Position numbers and translations under genes: made by a program. A DNA stretch of 64,000 bases from Octopus vulgaris (lineage: Eukaryota): assembly GCA_951406725.2 (NCBI GenBank), contig OX597819.1, positions 126,728,001 to 126,792,000 of the forward strand, in the 5' to 3' direction. Positions 1-12,193 of this stretch are shown here, in pieces (position 1 is the first letter of the stretch; each line of letters starts with the position of its first letter). Below the pieces are notes generated by a model that was not told the origin of the DNA, ran no database searches, and was given only the letters and a program-made list of their open reading frames with translations.

Positions 1-170
1 AAGAAGGCAAGAGCGTAAGGGAAACAGCCGGAACCTATTGGGTCGGGGTGGTGTAATGAAGAGAAAGAGAAAGATAGTGAGGGAGAGAGAGAGAGTGAGT
101 GTGAGGGAGAGAGATGTCGGGGGTAGCTAGGAAGCCGGCAGACTGAATGCTATTTCAGTGGTGAGATATA

Positions 171-275
171 GACGCCTGATTGGCTGTTTAATTAAATGTA
201 CTGGCTCATAGGGGATGTAACAAAGGGAGCGAAAGGGTAATAATTTATGAAAAATAATTAATATAGCATTCAAGA
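171..275 (+). repeat. Dispersed repeat with CCAAT-box core, copy 1
   Basis: gacgcctgattggctgtttaattaaatgtactggctcat...gggtaataatttatgaaaaataattaata aligns by eye with 1675-1787. Confidence 0.75.
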
Positions 276-424
276 TTTTTTTTTTTTATATAACTTGAAA
301 GCTTCTCTGGGTGTTTTAGAGGAATAAGAATAAGAGGGAAACCGGAAGAGAGGCAGTCAGGGTAGGAGAAACGGAAACCAACAGCTAGTCATTTATTTTG
401 CAAGAGAATTAGAATAATGATAAG

Positions 425-672
425 AGAGATTAAGCTGCTATTTCTAGTAGGAAGAGCGATCAGAAAGAAGGTTCTTCGGAGTCGAGGTTGTTGTGTAGCC
501 CCATGTAAGCCAGGGATGCAGTGGAGCTATAATCAAATGTATTCTAGCTTGGATCATCTTGTTTTTGAAATATAATGTATCTCTCGTAGCAATAGGTTAG
601 GGTGTATTACCACCTTTCCTTTCGTTTGGATGATTTCAGGGGCTAATGGTTGCTGTTTCTAACAAATCGAAT
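425..672 (+). repeat. Unclassified repeat family C (modules C2-C1-C2), decayed
   Basis: gctgctatttctagtagg at ~434, gttgtgtagccccatgtaagcc...ctataatcaaatgtattctagc at ~490-550, second ggttgctgtttctaac at ~648; the same modules recur throughout the window. Confidence 0.6.
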
Positions 673-1674
673 GCTTTTTGATTGTTCTGGTTACTGTAGC
701 AGATGTTTTCATGTTTCGTCTTAAGTTCGATTTAAATACACATACACATTCATACAAAAACACATTCATACAAACACACACACACATATATATAACGAAT
801 GTACTATTTGCATGGCAAAGTACCAGTACTGAATCTCGGTGGTGGCCTGTATCTGATCACCCGAGTAATGCTACATTGTATTCGAGACACACGCTCAACG
901 TTCTTACCATGTTCATGCAATGGATAGCGGGGCGGGACTATAATTTTAACATATGATTTATCATGAATTACTGAAATTTACTAATCGCTTGTGTTGGATT
1001 GATAATGGACCAGGACATGTTGCTGCTGTTTAACATATCATCGGAGATGTTCCAACAGTGACCAACACGTCTGTCTTTTTTTCTTATAGAAGTAATGTAT
1101 CTAAGAGTACATTATCCAATGTGCTTTTTGTAAAAGATGGTAAAGAGTGATTCAGTTGAGATTTATTTCTTATTTCTGTCAGATCGAGCAAACACAGAGG
1201 CCGTTTCGTTGTTACACCGCGATAAAAGCCCTGTAAAATAGTCTTCTCTGTAATATTAGGATTTTGTGGATCGTTCAATGGTGTTTCAAGTGTCCACTTG
1301 ATTAAGAATCATCGCTTCACCAACAATATTCCATCGGATGCTGACTGCACGGAATCAGAAAAACAAGTACTAGTGATATCTGGGTCATTTCATCCGACAA
1401 CTCTTTCGACATCCTTCGCTGCAATAAAAGAAGTTTCGGTATCATTTCTTATTTAGCTTTTGATCACTGACATAAAGATGGCATGTGGGGTGGAGCTGTC
1501 AAAGCTGGTTTAATGCAGTGGGTGATTGAGAAAGAGCGATCTGAATAAGTGGAAGAACAACAACGAAATACTGTAGAGTTACAGAAAGAAAATTGAAAGA
1601 GAGGGAGTGAAAGAGAGAGAGAGAGACGCCTGAGAAGGAAAGAGAATAAACGCCATTTTACTATTGAAAAGACG

Positions 1675-1787
1675 GACGCCTGATTGGCTGCGTAATTAAA
1701 TGTACAGACTCATGAAGGATGGACTTTGAGAACAAGGAAAATGAAGGGGTAATACTTTTCAAAATAATTAATAAAGTATCCATGAGA
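1675..1787 (+). repeat. Dispersed repeat with CCAAT-box core, copy 2
   Basis: gacgcctgattggctgcgtaattaaatgtacagactcat...ggggtaatacttttcaaaataattaata. Confidence 0.75.
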
Positions 1788-2028
1788 TAATGAAATCTGA
1801 CGCTAGTTCAGAAGGAGTCTCCTGAAAGACATACTACAGACAAGCAATTTCGACAAAATATATTGCTTAGTGATAGAGCAAGCGGGGTAATAACTCAAGT
1901 TAGAATAAGCGTAGATCAAATATTGATTTTTCTTTCCTTCTTTATTTTTCGGAATAGTGAAAAGGCTAAAGTCTTCTATGTAGTACTATATAGTAAATAG
2001 ATAACGGATCAATGTATTACTGGTATGT

Positions 2029-2063
<35 letters not shown>

Positions 2064-2097
2064 CACACACATACGTATACTATATATATATATATAT

Positions 2098-2345
2098 TAG
2101 CGCAGTTGTGGCTGTATGATTAAGAAGCTTGCCACTCAACCATGTGGTTTCGGGTTCAATCTCACTGCAGCGCTCCCTGGGCAAGGGTCTTCTTCAACAG
2201 CTTCAAGTTAGTCAAAGATTGTAAATGGATTTTGTAAACGTTTACTGGAAGAAGTCCGTCGTGTGTGTGTGTGTTTGTGTTTGTGTATGTCCTTTTCAAA
2301 TCACGGAATGGTCGTAAAGGAACATCGCCGTCACACAAGCGATGT
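2098..2345 (+). mobile_element. tRNA-derived SINE family A, old decayed copy
   Basis: tggctgtatgattaagaagcttg (A box region), gggttcaatctcactgc (B box region), ctgggcaagggtcttc, internal (GT)n; collinear with 30802-31221. Confidence 0.75.
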
Positions 2346-2407
2346 TCATGTCTGCCTGTTTACCCCCTTAATAATAATAATAATAATAATAATAATGATA
2401 ATAATAA

Positions 2408-2618
2408 TCCCTTCTGATACAAGAACAGAACCTGAAATTTTAGGGGAGAGGTTAGTCGATTACATCGATCGCAGTACTTGACTGGTATTTATTTTATCGA
2501 CCCGGAAAGAATGAAAGGCAAAGTTGACAGCGGTACTTGAACTCAGAAAGTAAAGACGGACGAAATGCTGCTTAGCGTGTTGTCCGGCATGCTAATCATT
2601 CTGTCATCTCACCGCCTT
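2408..2618 (-). mobile_element. SINE family B, tail type B2, decayed
   Basis: tatcgacccggaaagaatgaaaggcaaagttgac core and ttgaactcagaa B-box region; flanked by (AAT)n on both sides. Confidence 0.8.
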
Positions 2619-2849
2619 AACCACCTTAATAATAATAATATGGTTGAGGAAGAGCTCTACAAAATAATCCAAGATACGGTATAACCATACATATTTAATA
2701 TCGTAGGGTAAAATTTTCCTCTATTTATTTAGCCATACTTTTTTGTGTGTGTATCAGGTGGTTTTTCTGCTCCAATGTTCTCGATTGATCGTTTTCCTAT
2801 TGTCTGTTGACAGCTTTCAGAATCTTCTGCAAGTTTTGATGTCACGTGG

Positions 2850-3221
2850 ATTATTTTTTCCCTTATTTTCTCTCCTCCCTTTTTGGTATCCATCATAGTG
2901 CTGTTTTCCCTATTGCAAGATGTCACCAGCCAGTTGCATTCATCGTTCTGTTAACGTGTTTTGAAGTCCCCAGGACGGTGCTTTTCTTAAGACTTCTTCA
3001 TTTCTGATATGACTTTTGTACGAAATTTTATTTATGCACACTTGGTGAATAACCTCCAACATTTTAGTTGATTTATATAATTTTTTATAGAAGTGTTTAA
3101 GATTAAAAAATCGCCATGCATAGGATGTAGTTCCATTAAGATCAAATAAAATTTTTAGAACGCACACGAAATATAGCATGGGAGAGGATCTTGTCTTTAA
3201 GCTAACAGGTGAAAGCAACAA
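2850..3221 (-). pseudogene. Decayed LINE (RTE-like) ORF C-terminal remnant
   Basis: Minus-strand translation SLKTR...CVLKILF...LEVIHQVCINKISYKSHIRNEEVLRKA...ER*MQLAGDIL resembles the RTE post-RT region (FHQRCLR.I..I.NEEVL.RA...RRLRWAGHV); contains stops. Confidence 0.7.
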
Positions 3222-4524
3222 ACATATTTCGGTCTTCTTGAACCTCCTCAGCGAAATGCTATATCTTGGGAATGACGAGGAACGATCAACATAAATATGT
3301 AGGTACAGTGGGAATCTAGTTGTTCAGATTACGAATATCTTGAATATGGGTGACAGGAAAATAACTCAATGGAGTTGTGTCGTAAGGTATAACTAACATG
3401 TGTTACATAGTGAGTACAAAACACTGGCTAATAGAGATAGTCCAAAGAATTATAGCTCATTGGGGATGTACTATAACTATGAAATATACATTGCACTGGA
3501 AGTGAGGGCAGAGCTACAAGTGCATTAGGTAAAAAAAATCTTGTGGCATTTTGTTAGGCGTCATTTCATTCTGATATCAAATCCTACTGAAATTGTTACT
3601 TATTTATCTTTCTTTAGAGATATTGTGGTTTATGACTTCCTAATCAGGTGTGTTGAAGATTATAATTCGGATCACGACCTTCAGTTTATCTAGGAATACC
3701 TTATCCAATGTTCTTCCAGTTTTAAAATACAATAAGGTGTCTTTTGAGAGATTTTTGGTTGTTCTTTCTTGCAGGCCAGTTGGTCTCCTTCATCTTAGAG
3801 GACCGTTGTTTGAAATGAAATCAGTGGTTTTATTCGTGATTTCCTTTCAGAAACACATAGAAAATTCCATATTTTGATAAAAACAACATTCGGTTTCTCT
3901 CTCACACGCAAGAATATTATAAAGAAACAGAAAAACAATCAGTGAAAACCTCTTTCCAAAGTCTACTACATGTTAAAGATTCTCCGAATATATACAAAAC
4001 AACAGAGCGATTCAAGCTGAATGTGTTATTTCAATTTTTATATTTTTTGTAACTTTTCTTTTGTTTTTGCGTTTTGATACACCTGTTATCAACATGAGAA
4101 TTTGTATAGACTACTTCACATATGGGTCTGGTTTGAATGTGAAATGGTGCTAGAGCTGATGGGGCTGCGTACAGCTTTATAATTTACCTATTTGCCATTC
4201 ACATTCTGAGTATAACAACAACTTTCCGGTTTACAATTACATTTATAAGAATTCTCTTTAATTAAATACTAGTTTTATATTAAACTAACCGTAAGATTCT
4301 ATGTCAATTTTACCTTCCTGCTTTCTGGATGAACTGTGTTGGAAGATTAAATAAATAAAAACATAAATTTGAATAAAATTTTTAAAAAAAACTTTGGTAA
4401 TTAAGTAAAAGTAAACAGCTAAGTCAAATTATCTAGCTATTGTTTATCATTCTCCAAGAGTTTTTTTCAAAAAGTATTGGCTAACGCACAGACACATGTA
4501 TGTGTTTGTGATGTGTATATGTAT

Positions 4525-4584
<60 letters not shown>

Positions 4585-4630
4585 CATATGTGTATGTGTA
4601 TATATATATATAGATTATAAACTGTATGGT

Positions 4631-4666
<36 letters not shown>

Positions 4667-5130
4667 TATTTCTTAATTAGTTTCCGTCAGTGATTTGCAC
4701 TGGAACAGGTCTAGAATTTATGTTTTTATTTGCTACTTGTTGCCAGATGTTGTCTTTCGTTTTATACTCATCTGTAAAATTGAGCTGGAAAAAAAAAAAT
4801 CTTTTTCCATTTGTTGATTTTTGTATAGGAGATACATTATCGTTTTTCTTTCTATATGATGGGGATGAATACTATCATTTGAAGTGCAACGTATTGACTT
4901 TTAGCGCGAAACGAAGTAGCTGGCATCGCGTTGGAGTCAGTTCTGCCTTTTATTCTTCCGAGGTCAATAAGATAAGGTACCAACCAAGTAATAGGAGTTA
5001 TATATATTGAATCCCTTGGTCATGAGCTTAAAGTGGAAATTATTTGAGGGCTGTGGAATGATGCAGTCGATAGTATTGGACAATTGTTCAACGTCCTTTC
5101 TCTTGCCTTTAAGACAGTAGGATAAGAGTT

Positions 5131-5310
5131 GCTGTCGTTGTTTACCCGAAAGTCAGTTTCGATCGAGTAGACCTATAATCAAAGGCGTTCCAGTCGTGAC
5201 CATCTCGACTGTTTTTCTACTTATTAACAAGGTATCGTGTAATTTGTGGGTGATTTGGTGGTGCTTCTTGCAGGTTGAGCCTCACATAGAAACTCCCTTG
5301 TTTGTTGCTC
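5131..5310 (+). repeat. Family C copy (C1-C2)
   Basis: gttgtttacccgaaagtcagtttcgatcgagtagacctataatcaaaggcgttccagtcgtgaccatc followed by gatttggtggtgcttcttgcaggttgagc. Confidence 0.7.
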
Positions 5311-5594
5311 GTAGGGTGCGACTTGAAGAAATTTGGTTGGTTTCAGACGGATCGATCGACCACCTGTTGTTGTTACATTTATTGTTTTTCTCCGTTTTCA
5401 CTTTTCCTCTGTTCAAATATCGATCTGCAGGCGATTTCTTGTACAACTGAAATTAATTTTCTCTCTTCCCTTTTATGGCAGCTACCATTCTGTCTTTATT
5501 TTTTGACACATTGGACATTGAGAAATTTAAAAAAATATTCTTGGCTAAATCACTGGAGTATCAGACAAAATGCTTTGCAATATTTGTTCCGGTT

Positions 5595-5742
5595 CTTTAC
5601 ATTCTCGGATCTTCCCTCCATCCTTTCGGGGTCACCAAGATAAAATATTATTATAGTACTCAAGGGTACTGGACCCGGTGGCGTTGACTAATCCTCTCCG
5701 CTCCAAATTCATGGCCTTGTGCTAAATTAGAAATAATTATTA
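5595..5742 (+). mobile_element. SINE family B (B2 tail), decayed
   Basis: ccatcctttcggggtc core, tail aaattcatggccttgtgctaaattagaaataattattatt. Confidence 0.65.
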
Positions 5743-5770
5743 TTGGTATCTTCAATACCGAACATTATTT

Positions 5771-5990
5771 CGTTGTTGTTTAATACCTGGTCAACACTGG
5801 AGGAGTAGAACTTAGATCATAGATAGTCCAGCCAGATTTTATTTGTTTTTTTTTATGCGTATGTTTTTGTGTCGAGTTAAATTATCTAGAGTATGTTATT
5901 ATCTAAAACTGGAATGTGATTTGTGGGAAATTTGGCAAAAATTTCAAGCAGGTAGAGTGCTTACAAAATACAGGCTCACCCGATCGCTAG
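5771..5990 (+). repeat. Family C copy (C1-linker-C2)
   Basis: gttgttgtttaatacctggtcaacactgg...gatttgtgggaaatttggcaaaaatttcaagcagg. Confidence 0.6.
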
Positions 5991-6214
5991 TAGAGAGTGC
6001 TACTGGTACGCAAAATAAATTGTGTTTGAACCGGGTCCACGATCTGGCTGCGGTTCGAAACTGAGTGAAGACAAAATAGAAATGTCAATCACTTTAGAGT
6101 ATTATATATTCGTTCAGTAAAACCAACGCCACATGCTTGACCAAAAGAAATAATTATTGACACACATATCTAGCAATTATAAACACCAGCTTTGTATTTA
6201 CGAGCCAACAAGAT

Positions 6215-6385
6215 AGAGATAGCAGCTAAATCAGCCTAAAAAATAGGAGTCGGAGGAGAAGGACACATTTACCGAGGTAGTCATAAGTGCACACAAAGGA
6301 CGGGATAGTCATGGCTGTAACGTCTTCGATCATAAATCTGCTTAATTGCAACTGACCTGCAGCTAACAACAGCAACAAAAACAAC
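6215..6385 (-). repeat. Family C copy, reverse orientation
   Basis: atagcagctaaatc and gggatagtcatggctgtaacgtcttcgatcataaatctgct...gacctgcagctaacaac are reverse complements of C2 and C1. Confidence 0.65.
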
Positions 6386-6806
6386 CAACTTCTTATAATG
6401 GCTAATTGCATTTGAATTCAAGATGACTTTCCTTTTATGCTGGACAGTTAATTTTCGTAACTAATAAAGAACTGTTGTGTGTGTGTATTTTAAATACTAA
6501 TTTACTAATTTATTTCATAGAAATTCTTTGTCAATTCCATTCACATCACTCACTATTTATATCAATATATTCATCTCTCAAGCAATTTATTCGGCTTTCG
6601 TTCTTTATTTGCTCTGATCTCGAATAGATTTATACAAAGTCTTATAATATCGAATTTCCTCGAGACAAATATATTCTATTTATTTTTAAGTAATTCGCTA
6701 TTCATTTACTATATTTATTTATATATATTTTTTAATCTACAGTTATAAGCTACTACTATGATTGATAAGGATTGGTTGTTCTGCTCGTTTTTCCTATTTC
6801 TCAAGC

Positions 6807-6915
6807 TCAGGCTTGGCTGAGTGGTTAGAAAATTTGCTTCGTAATCACACGGTTCCTGTTTCGTTTTCACTGCACGGCACGCTGAGAAACATATCTTCTT
6901 TCATAGCATCGGATC
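6807..6915 (+). mobile_element. SINE family A 5' fragment, old
   Basis: tggctgagtggttagaaaatttgcttcgtaatcacacggttcc...cactgcacggcac. Confidence 0.6.
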
Positions 6916-7210
6916 AATTCATGTTTAGTTCAAAAACTTGTTGGATTGCACTTTTTATTGGATGGTAGGCCTAATTGGCCATCCGATCGAACACCACCTT
7001 GAGTATCTTCTAGCAGAAACCACTTTTTGTTGCAAGCATTCAAACCATGTCTTACCATAATTTGATATCTTGATATGAAGTGTCGTATTACATTAACCTA
7101 CAAACAAGCTCTTGCTATATCAACTTTATAAAGATTAGAAGAAAATTTTCGAAAAATCGCGGTTTATGTTAGAAAATAAGCCAGAACGAAAATTTTACTA
7201 GTAATAGATT

Positions 7211-7328
7211 ATGTATGTATGTATGCATGCATGCATGTATGTATGTATGTATGTATGTATGTATGTATGTATGTATGTATGTATGTATGTATGTATGTAT
7301 GTATGTATGTATGTGTGTGTGTGTGTGT
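7211..7328. repeat. (ATGT)n-(GT)n microsatellite
   Basis: Direct reading. Confidence 0.95.
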
Positions 7329-7392
7329 ATCAGGTGTGATTCCTGTTACTTAAAACTAAGCATGAAATTTCATAAATGGAAACGATATATTT

Positions 7393-7584
7393 CTATTTCT
7401 TTATTACCCACAAGGGGCTAAACACAGAGGGGTCAAACAAGGACAGACAAACGGATTAAGTCGATTATATCGACCCCAGTACGTAACTTGTACTTATTTA
7501 ATCGACCCCAAAAGGATAAAAGGCAAAGTCGATCTCGGCGGTATTTGAACTCAGCATATAGCAGCAGACGAAATTCTGCAACGC
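7393..7584 (-). mobile_element. SINE family B (B1 tail), 5'-truncated, with 18-bp TSD
   Basis: cccacaaggggctaaacacagagggg...aaaggcaaagtcgatctcggcgg; flanked by aatggaaacgatatattt (7375-7392) and aatgaaaacgatatattt (7585-7602). Confidence 0.92.
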
Positions 7585-8068
7585 AATGAAAACGATATAT
7601 TTGCGGTACTATCAACATTAAACATTTCATATAGCTTGTATCCAGCTACCTCAAATAAAATGAAAGATTTACATAATTTAAAAAATTTTAGTCATGTACT
7701 TTATTCTCGCATTCAACGAATAGAAATGCTGTACACACAAACGTGGTTGTACGTCGGTCCTAATATACTTAGTTAATTATTGTAAATGATATTAAATAGG
7801 TTTCTTACAATTTACAAATTAGAATTTAAAAGCAGGAAGTTGCCTAATTTTAAGAAGATGCTATCGGGCTAACGTATCAAGAAGCGTCCTAATCTGCTAC
7901 TTGTTGTAAGCCCAATCTGGCAGCCCTGGGTACGATTTAGTCTTCGAATGTTTATTTGCCCTGGTAGAAATAGGGGCCAAACTTCTCTCAGAACATAACC
8001 TTCTGTCATTTGGGGACTGAAAAGGACGTAATAAACAATCTAAACGGAGAAATAAAACTAAGAATACT

Positions 8069-8217
8069 GGAAGGTGTGACGGATTATTTTTGATCATAGT
8101 TCTGCTAATCCGAAGGTGACCAGGGTTAATCAGAGAACAAAGAGCTGTGCCTTGTCTAGGAAACAATTTTTGGACGAGGTGCCACTCCAGTGCATGGTTG
8201 ACCTCAGCACTCGTTTA
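8069..8217 (-). repeat. Dispersed repeat, inverted partner of 8791-8953
   Basis: Reverse complement aaacgagtgctgaggtcaaccatgcactggagtggcacctcgtcc...gcagaactatgatcaaaaataatccgtcacac matches 8791-8953; element polarity is arbitrary. Confidence 0.85.
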
Positions 8218-8790
8218 TAGCCGACAGACTGGACCAACATGTATTTAAGTACACCGTCTAACAATCGAATCAATGACTTTACAAATATGAACGAAACACT
8301 CTAGGTACGAGTCAACTCGCCTTACCTACACTCAAAACGACAACCATTCTGTAGACCGTCACTCCATCTCTGAATAAAAGATGAAAGAGAAACTAGCTAA
8401 TGTATTAAATGTCACATTAGATATTATATCACATTTCTGTTAAAATCAGATCTAAAACAGAACAAATTAATTAAACGACAAAGAGAAAACGTGAAGAACA
8501 TCTTTAAAGAATTTGCACTAATTTGGACTATTCTCTCAAAATTTCGATCAATGATTGATTCCCTTGTTACTTTTCGGAATACTAGCAAGAATAGCAGTAA
8601 AAGTGCGAAGACAAAATCTATTAAAACTTCGTTGTTGCTGTGTTAGTGGTTGTGGTTTAATCGCACTTTATCCCAAACTGACCAAAGACATTCCAACCGA
8701 AGCTATCATATCAGGCACACACGCGCGTGTATACATACATACATACATACATACATACATACATACATAATACATATACATATATATATA

Positions 8791-8953
8791 AACGAGGTGC
8801 TGGGGTCAACCATGCATTGGACTGGCACCTTGTCCAAAAATAGTCTCCTAGACAAGAAGTAGCCACTTCCCGAGGCTCTTTTTTTCTCTGATCAACCCCG
8901 GTCACATTCGGATGAGCAGAACTAGGATCAAAAATAATACCTGTCACACGTTC
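8791..8953 (+). repeat. Dispersed repeat, inverted partner of 8069-8217
   Basis: aaacgaggtgctggggtcaaccatgcattggactggcaccttgtcc...gcagaactaggatcaaaaataatacctgtcacac. Confidence 0.85.
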
Positions 8954-9319
8954 CCATATTTTTAGTTTCATTTCTCTGTTTATATATATATATATAGATA
9001 TCAAGAGAGAGAGAGAGAGCAGGAAAAATATTGGCCAGTGAATCAAATATTCTTCTTTTAAGACAGAAGGCTGTATTTTGATGGAGATATTAGCAGAAAT
9101 TTATAGCTAGTTGAGCTATCACATAGATGTTCTACATGGTCAAAGGCGTTTCAGCCATGGCCATCACTAGTTGGGGGAAGAGAGGTATAATACTATAATA
9201 CCAAGTGTATCTTATAATCTTCTTTAAGAAACTAAACAGTTGTATGTGGTAGGCTTGTTTGATGGATTTAGCAGGTCGAAACTTTTGGATTCGTCCTTTT
9301 GTAACAGGGTTTGTGAATT

Positions 9320-9357
<38 letters not shown>

Positions 9358-9930
9358 ACGTGTGTATGTCTGTGAGTGTGTATGTATTTAACTTCAAGAA
9401 TCTTTCAGGCACGTAATTGCTCCTGTCCATACTTAGTGTAAGGCAAAAGAAGCTCCTTTGAATTGTAATGAATATATGACATGTTATTTCTCATCTTTCA
9501 AAATACTAGCCGCACTCAACGGATTCAATTTTGAGCACTCGATTCTCTGTGCGAAAAACACCTTACATACAAGTATTATAAATGTATACTAAGTAAATAA
9601 ATGTATTATGATCAAGTAAGCGTATAAAAGAAATTTGTGTTGAAGTGTGGCTGGATGTGTATACATGTTTCTTTCTTGTTCTGCCTCATCGTTGTTACGT
9701 GTACATGTCCTTATGTTTGTGTATGTGACTTTATGTTGTCTGTATTTTGTTATATTAAGAATTAAGACATTCAACATATAGTTTCAATCAGACGGAAGAA
9801 ATATTCATAAATAGATGTATATGTGTGTATTATATATGTATATAAGTATGTTATAAATATATATATATATTATATATATACGTATGGTCTGGGCCTATAC
9901 TGGACAAAACCTATCGAAGTTATCAAAGTC

Positions 9931-9982
<52 letters not shown>

Positions 9983-10516
9983 TTATGTGTATGTATGTAT
10001 GCATATACAATTTGTTTACATGTATACATATACACACACACATGTAATTATGGAAGGAAACATAGATGTAAAATAAGGTAGAAAAATAGCACTCGATTAC
10101 CTAATGAGTAAAATAATAATTTATTGACGTTCAAAACATGTCACAAAGTTTTGCTCCGACATACAAGTAACCGATCAGATGTGTAATACTTTGTGTAGTG
10201 CATTAGCTTCAATAAATTATGTATTTATACATACGTGTATATATATGTATGTGTATATATATATGGATAAATATATATGTATAAGTATATGTAAGTATAA
10301 AAATATATATATACATATTTACATATATATATCTATATATATATATGTGTGTGCATATATATGTATATATATATATATGTGTGTGTATATATATGTATAT
10401 ATATATGTGTGTGTATATATATATGTATGTATGTATATATATATATGTTGTGTGTATATATATGTATACATGTATATAGATATGTATCAGTAAATATATA
10501 TGTACATGTGTATATT

Positions 10517-10548
<32 letters not shown>

Positions 10549-10550
10549 TG

Positions 10551-10581
<31 letters not shown>

Positions 10582-10589
10582 CATGCAGT

Positions 10590-10776
10590 TCTATATGTAA
10601 GAGATGAAAAATTATGTACTTTATTGACACTTTACATTTATCGGGTATTTGTCCTCATCTTGTTTGTTGTCAACACAATGTTTCGGCTGTTATATCCTCC
10701 AGCCTTCATCAGGTGTCTTGGGGAATATTCGAACCTACCTTCTCTTTCCTAATGTATTTTTCGTTGTTGTTGTTGC

Positions 10777-10811
<35 letters not shown>

Positions 10812-10879
10812 TAGCTGCATAGAATCTAACTCGGAATCTTGGGGTCAGTATCCGGCGCTCTTAACCACTACGCCATATG
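10590..10879 (-). mobile_element. Family D: tRNA-headed element with hammerhead-containing tail, left arm of palindrome
   Basis: Reverse complement begins catatggcgtagtggttaagagc (A box), then (AAT)n(AAC)n, then gacacCTGATGAaggctg...cagccGAAAcattgtgtt. Confidence 0.8.
10672..10717 (-). ncRNA. Minimal type I hammerhead ribozyme-like motif
   Basis: GACAC-CTGATGA-A-GGCTG(gaggatataa)CAGCC-GAAA-CA-TT-GTGTT: stem I GACAC/GTGTT, stem II 5 bp; the sister copy (11061-11105) keeps GAAA-CG-TT-GTGTT. Confidence 0.7.
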
Positions 10880-10901
10880 AACAAGGGTCTATGCCCACGA
10901 G

Positions 10902-10969
10902 CATATGGCGTAGTGGTTAAGAGCTCAGACTACCAACCACAAGATTCCGAGTTCGATTCCAGGGAGTGA

Positions 10970-11004
<35 letters not shown>

Positions 11005-11158
11005 GCAACAACATCGGAAAATACCTTAGGAATGAGAACCCATGTTCGAAAATTCCCCAAGACACCTGTTTGTTCTGGAGGGTACATCAGTTGAAACGTT
11101 GTGTTAACAAAAACCCGATAAGAACAAATGTTCGTCTAGTGTAAATAATGAAAATAAT
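10902..11158 (+). mobile_element. Family D, right arm of palindrome
   Basis: tggcgtagtgg (A box), gagttcgattcc (B box), (AAT)n, then ccccaagacacctg...gaaacgttgtgttaac. Confidence 0.8.
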
Positions 11159-11249
11159 GTATATATATATATATATATAATATATGTGTGTATATATATA
11201 AATATATATACGTATACATATAAATACATATAAATATACACATATATGC

Positions 11250-11290
<41 letters not shown>

Positions 11291-11559
11291 CGTATATATA
11301 TATATGTATGTACGTATATATATATGTATGTACGTATATATATATGTATGTACATATATATGTATATATATATATGTGTATATATATGTATATATATGCA
11401 TATACATATATATATATATACATATATGTATATATATGCATGTACATATATAAATGTATATGCACACAGGTATCTATCTATCTATATATATATACACATA
11501 TGTATATATACATATATATGTGTATGTATATATTTATACCTATATATGTATGTATATAC

Positions 11560-11614
<55 letters not shown>

Positions 11615-12144
11615 AATATATGTATGTATGTATATTTATCTATATATATACATATGTACATATATGTAGAAGGTCCACAAATATCAGAACTTAACTGCAG
11701 CTCTTGGTGGTCCAAATACTATGTGCAGTCTATGCGGGTTTCTTTTTGAAAACATTGCCTGGTTTAAAAAGCCACATTATATGTCTTGAGGGTTCTAAGG
11801 TGTAGGTACAGGAAGTGATCGACAAGTACCATATAGATACATATATGCAGGTATATATCTGCACATATATATATATATACACCTATGTATATGTACATAT
11901 ATACACATGTATATGCTGATATATGTATTATTATAATTATAATATTGTTAATAAATTAAAATGTCCATCGTAAATCTCTATTTTCTTTTAATTTTTGTAT
12001 TTTTGGATATATATACATATATATATTTGCACACATATAAATGTGTATATATATGTATATATGTAAATATATATTTATATATACACATGTATATGCATAT
12101 ACATATAGGTGTATATATATAAATATATACATACATATATATAT

Positions 12145-12193
<49 letters not shown>

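Noticed and set aside
10902-10975. tRNA gene
   Set aside because: A and B boxes are present but I see no convincing acceptor stem or T-run terminator; the sequence continues into a repeat body, so it is a SINE head.
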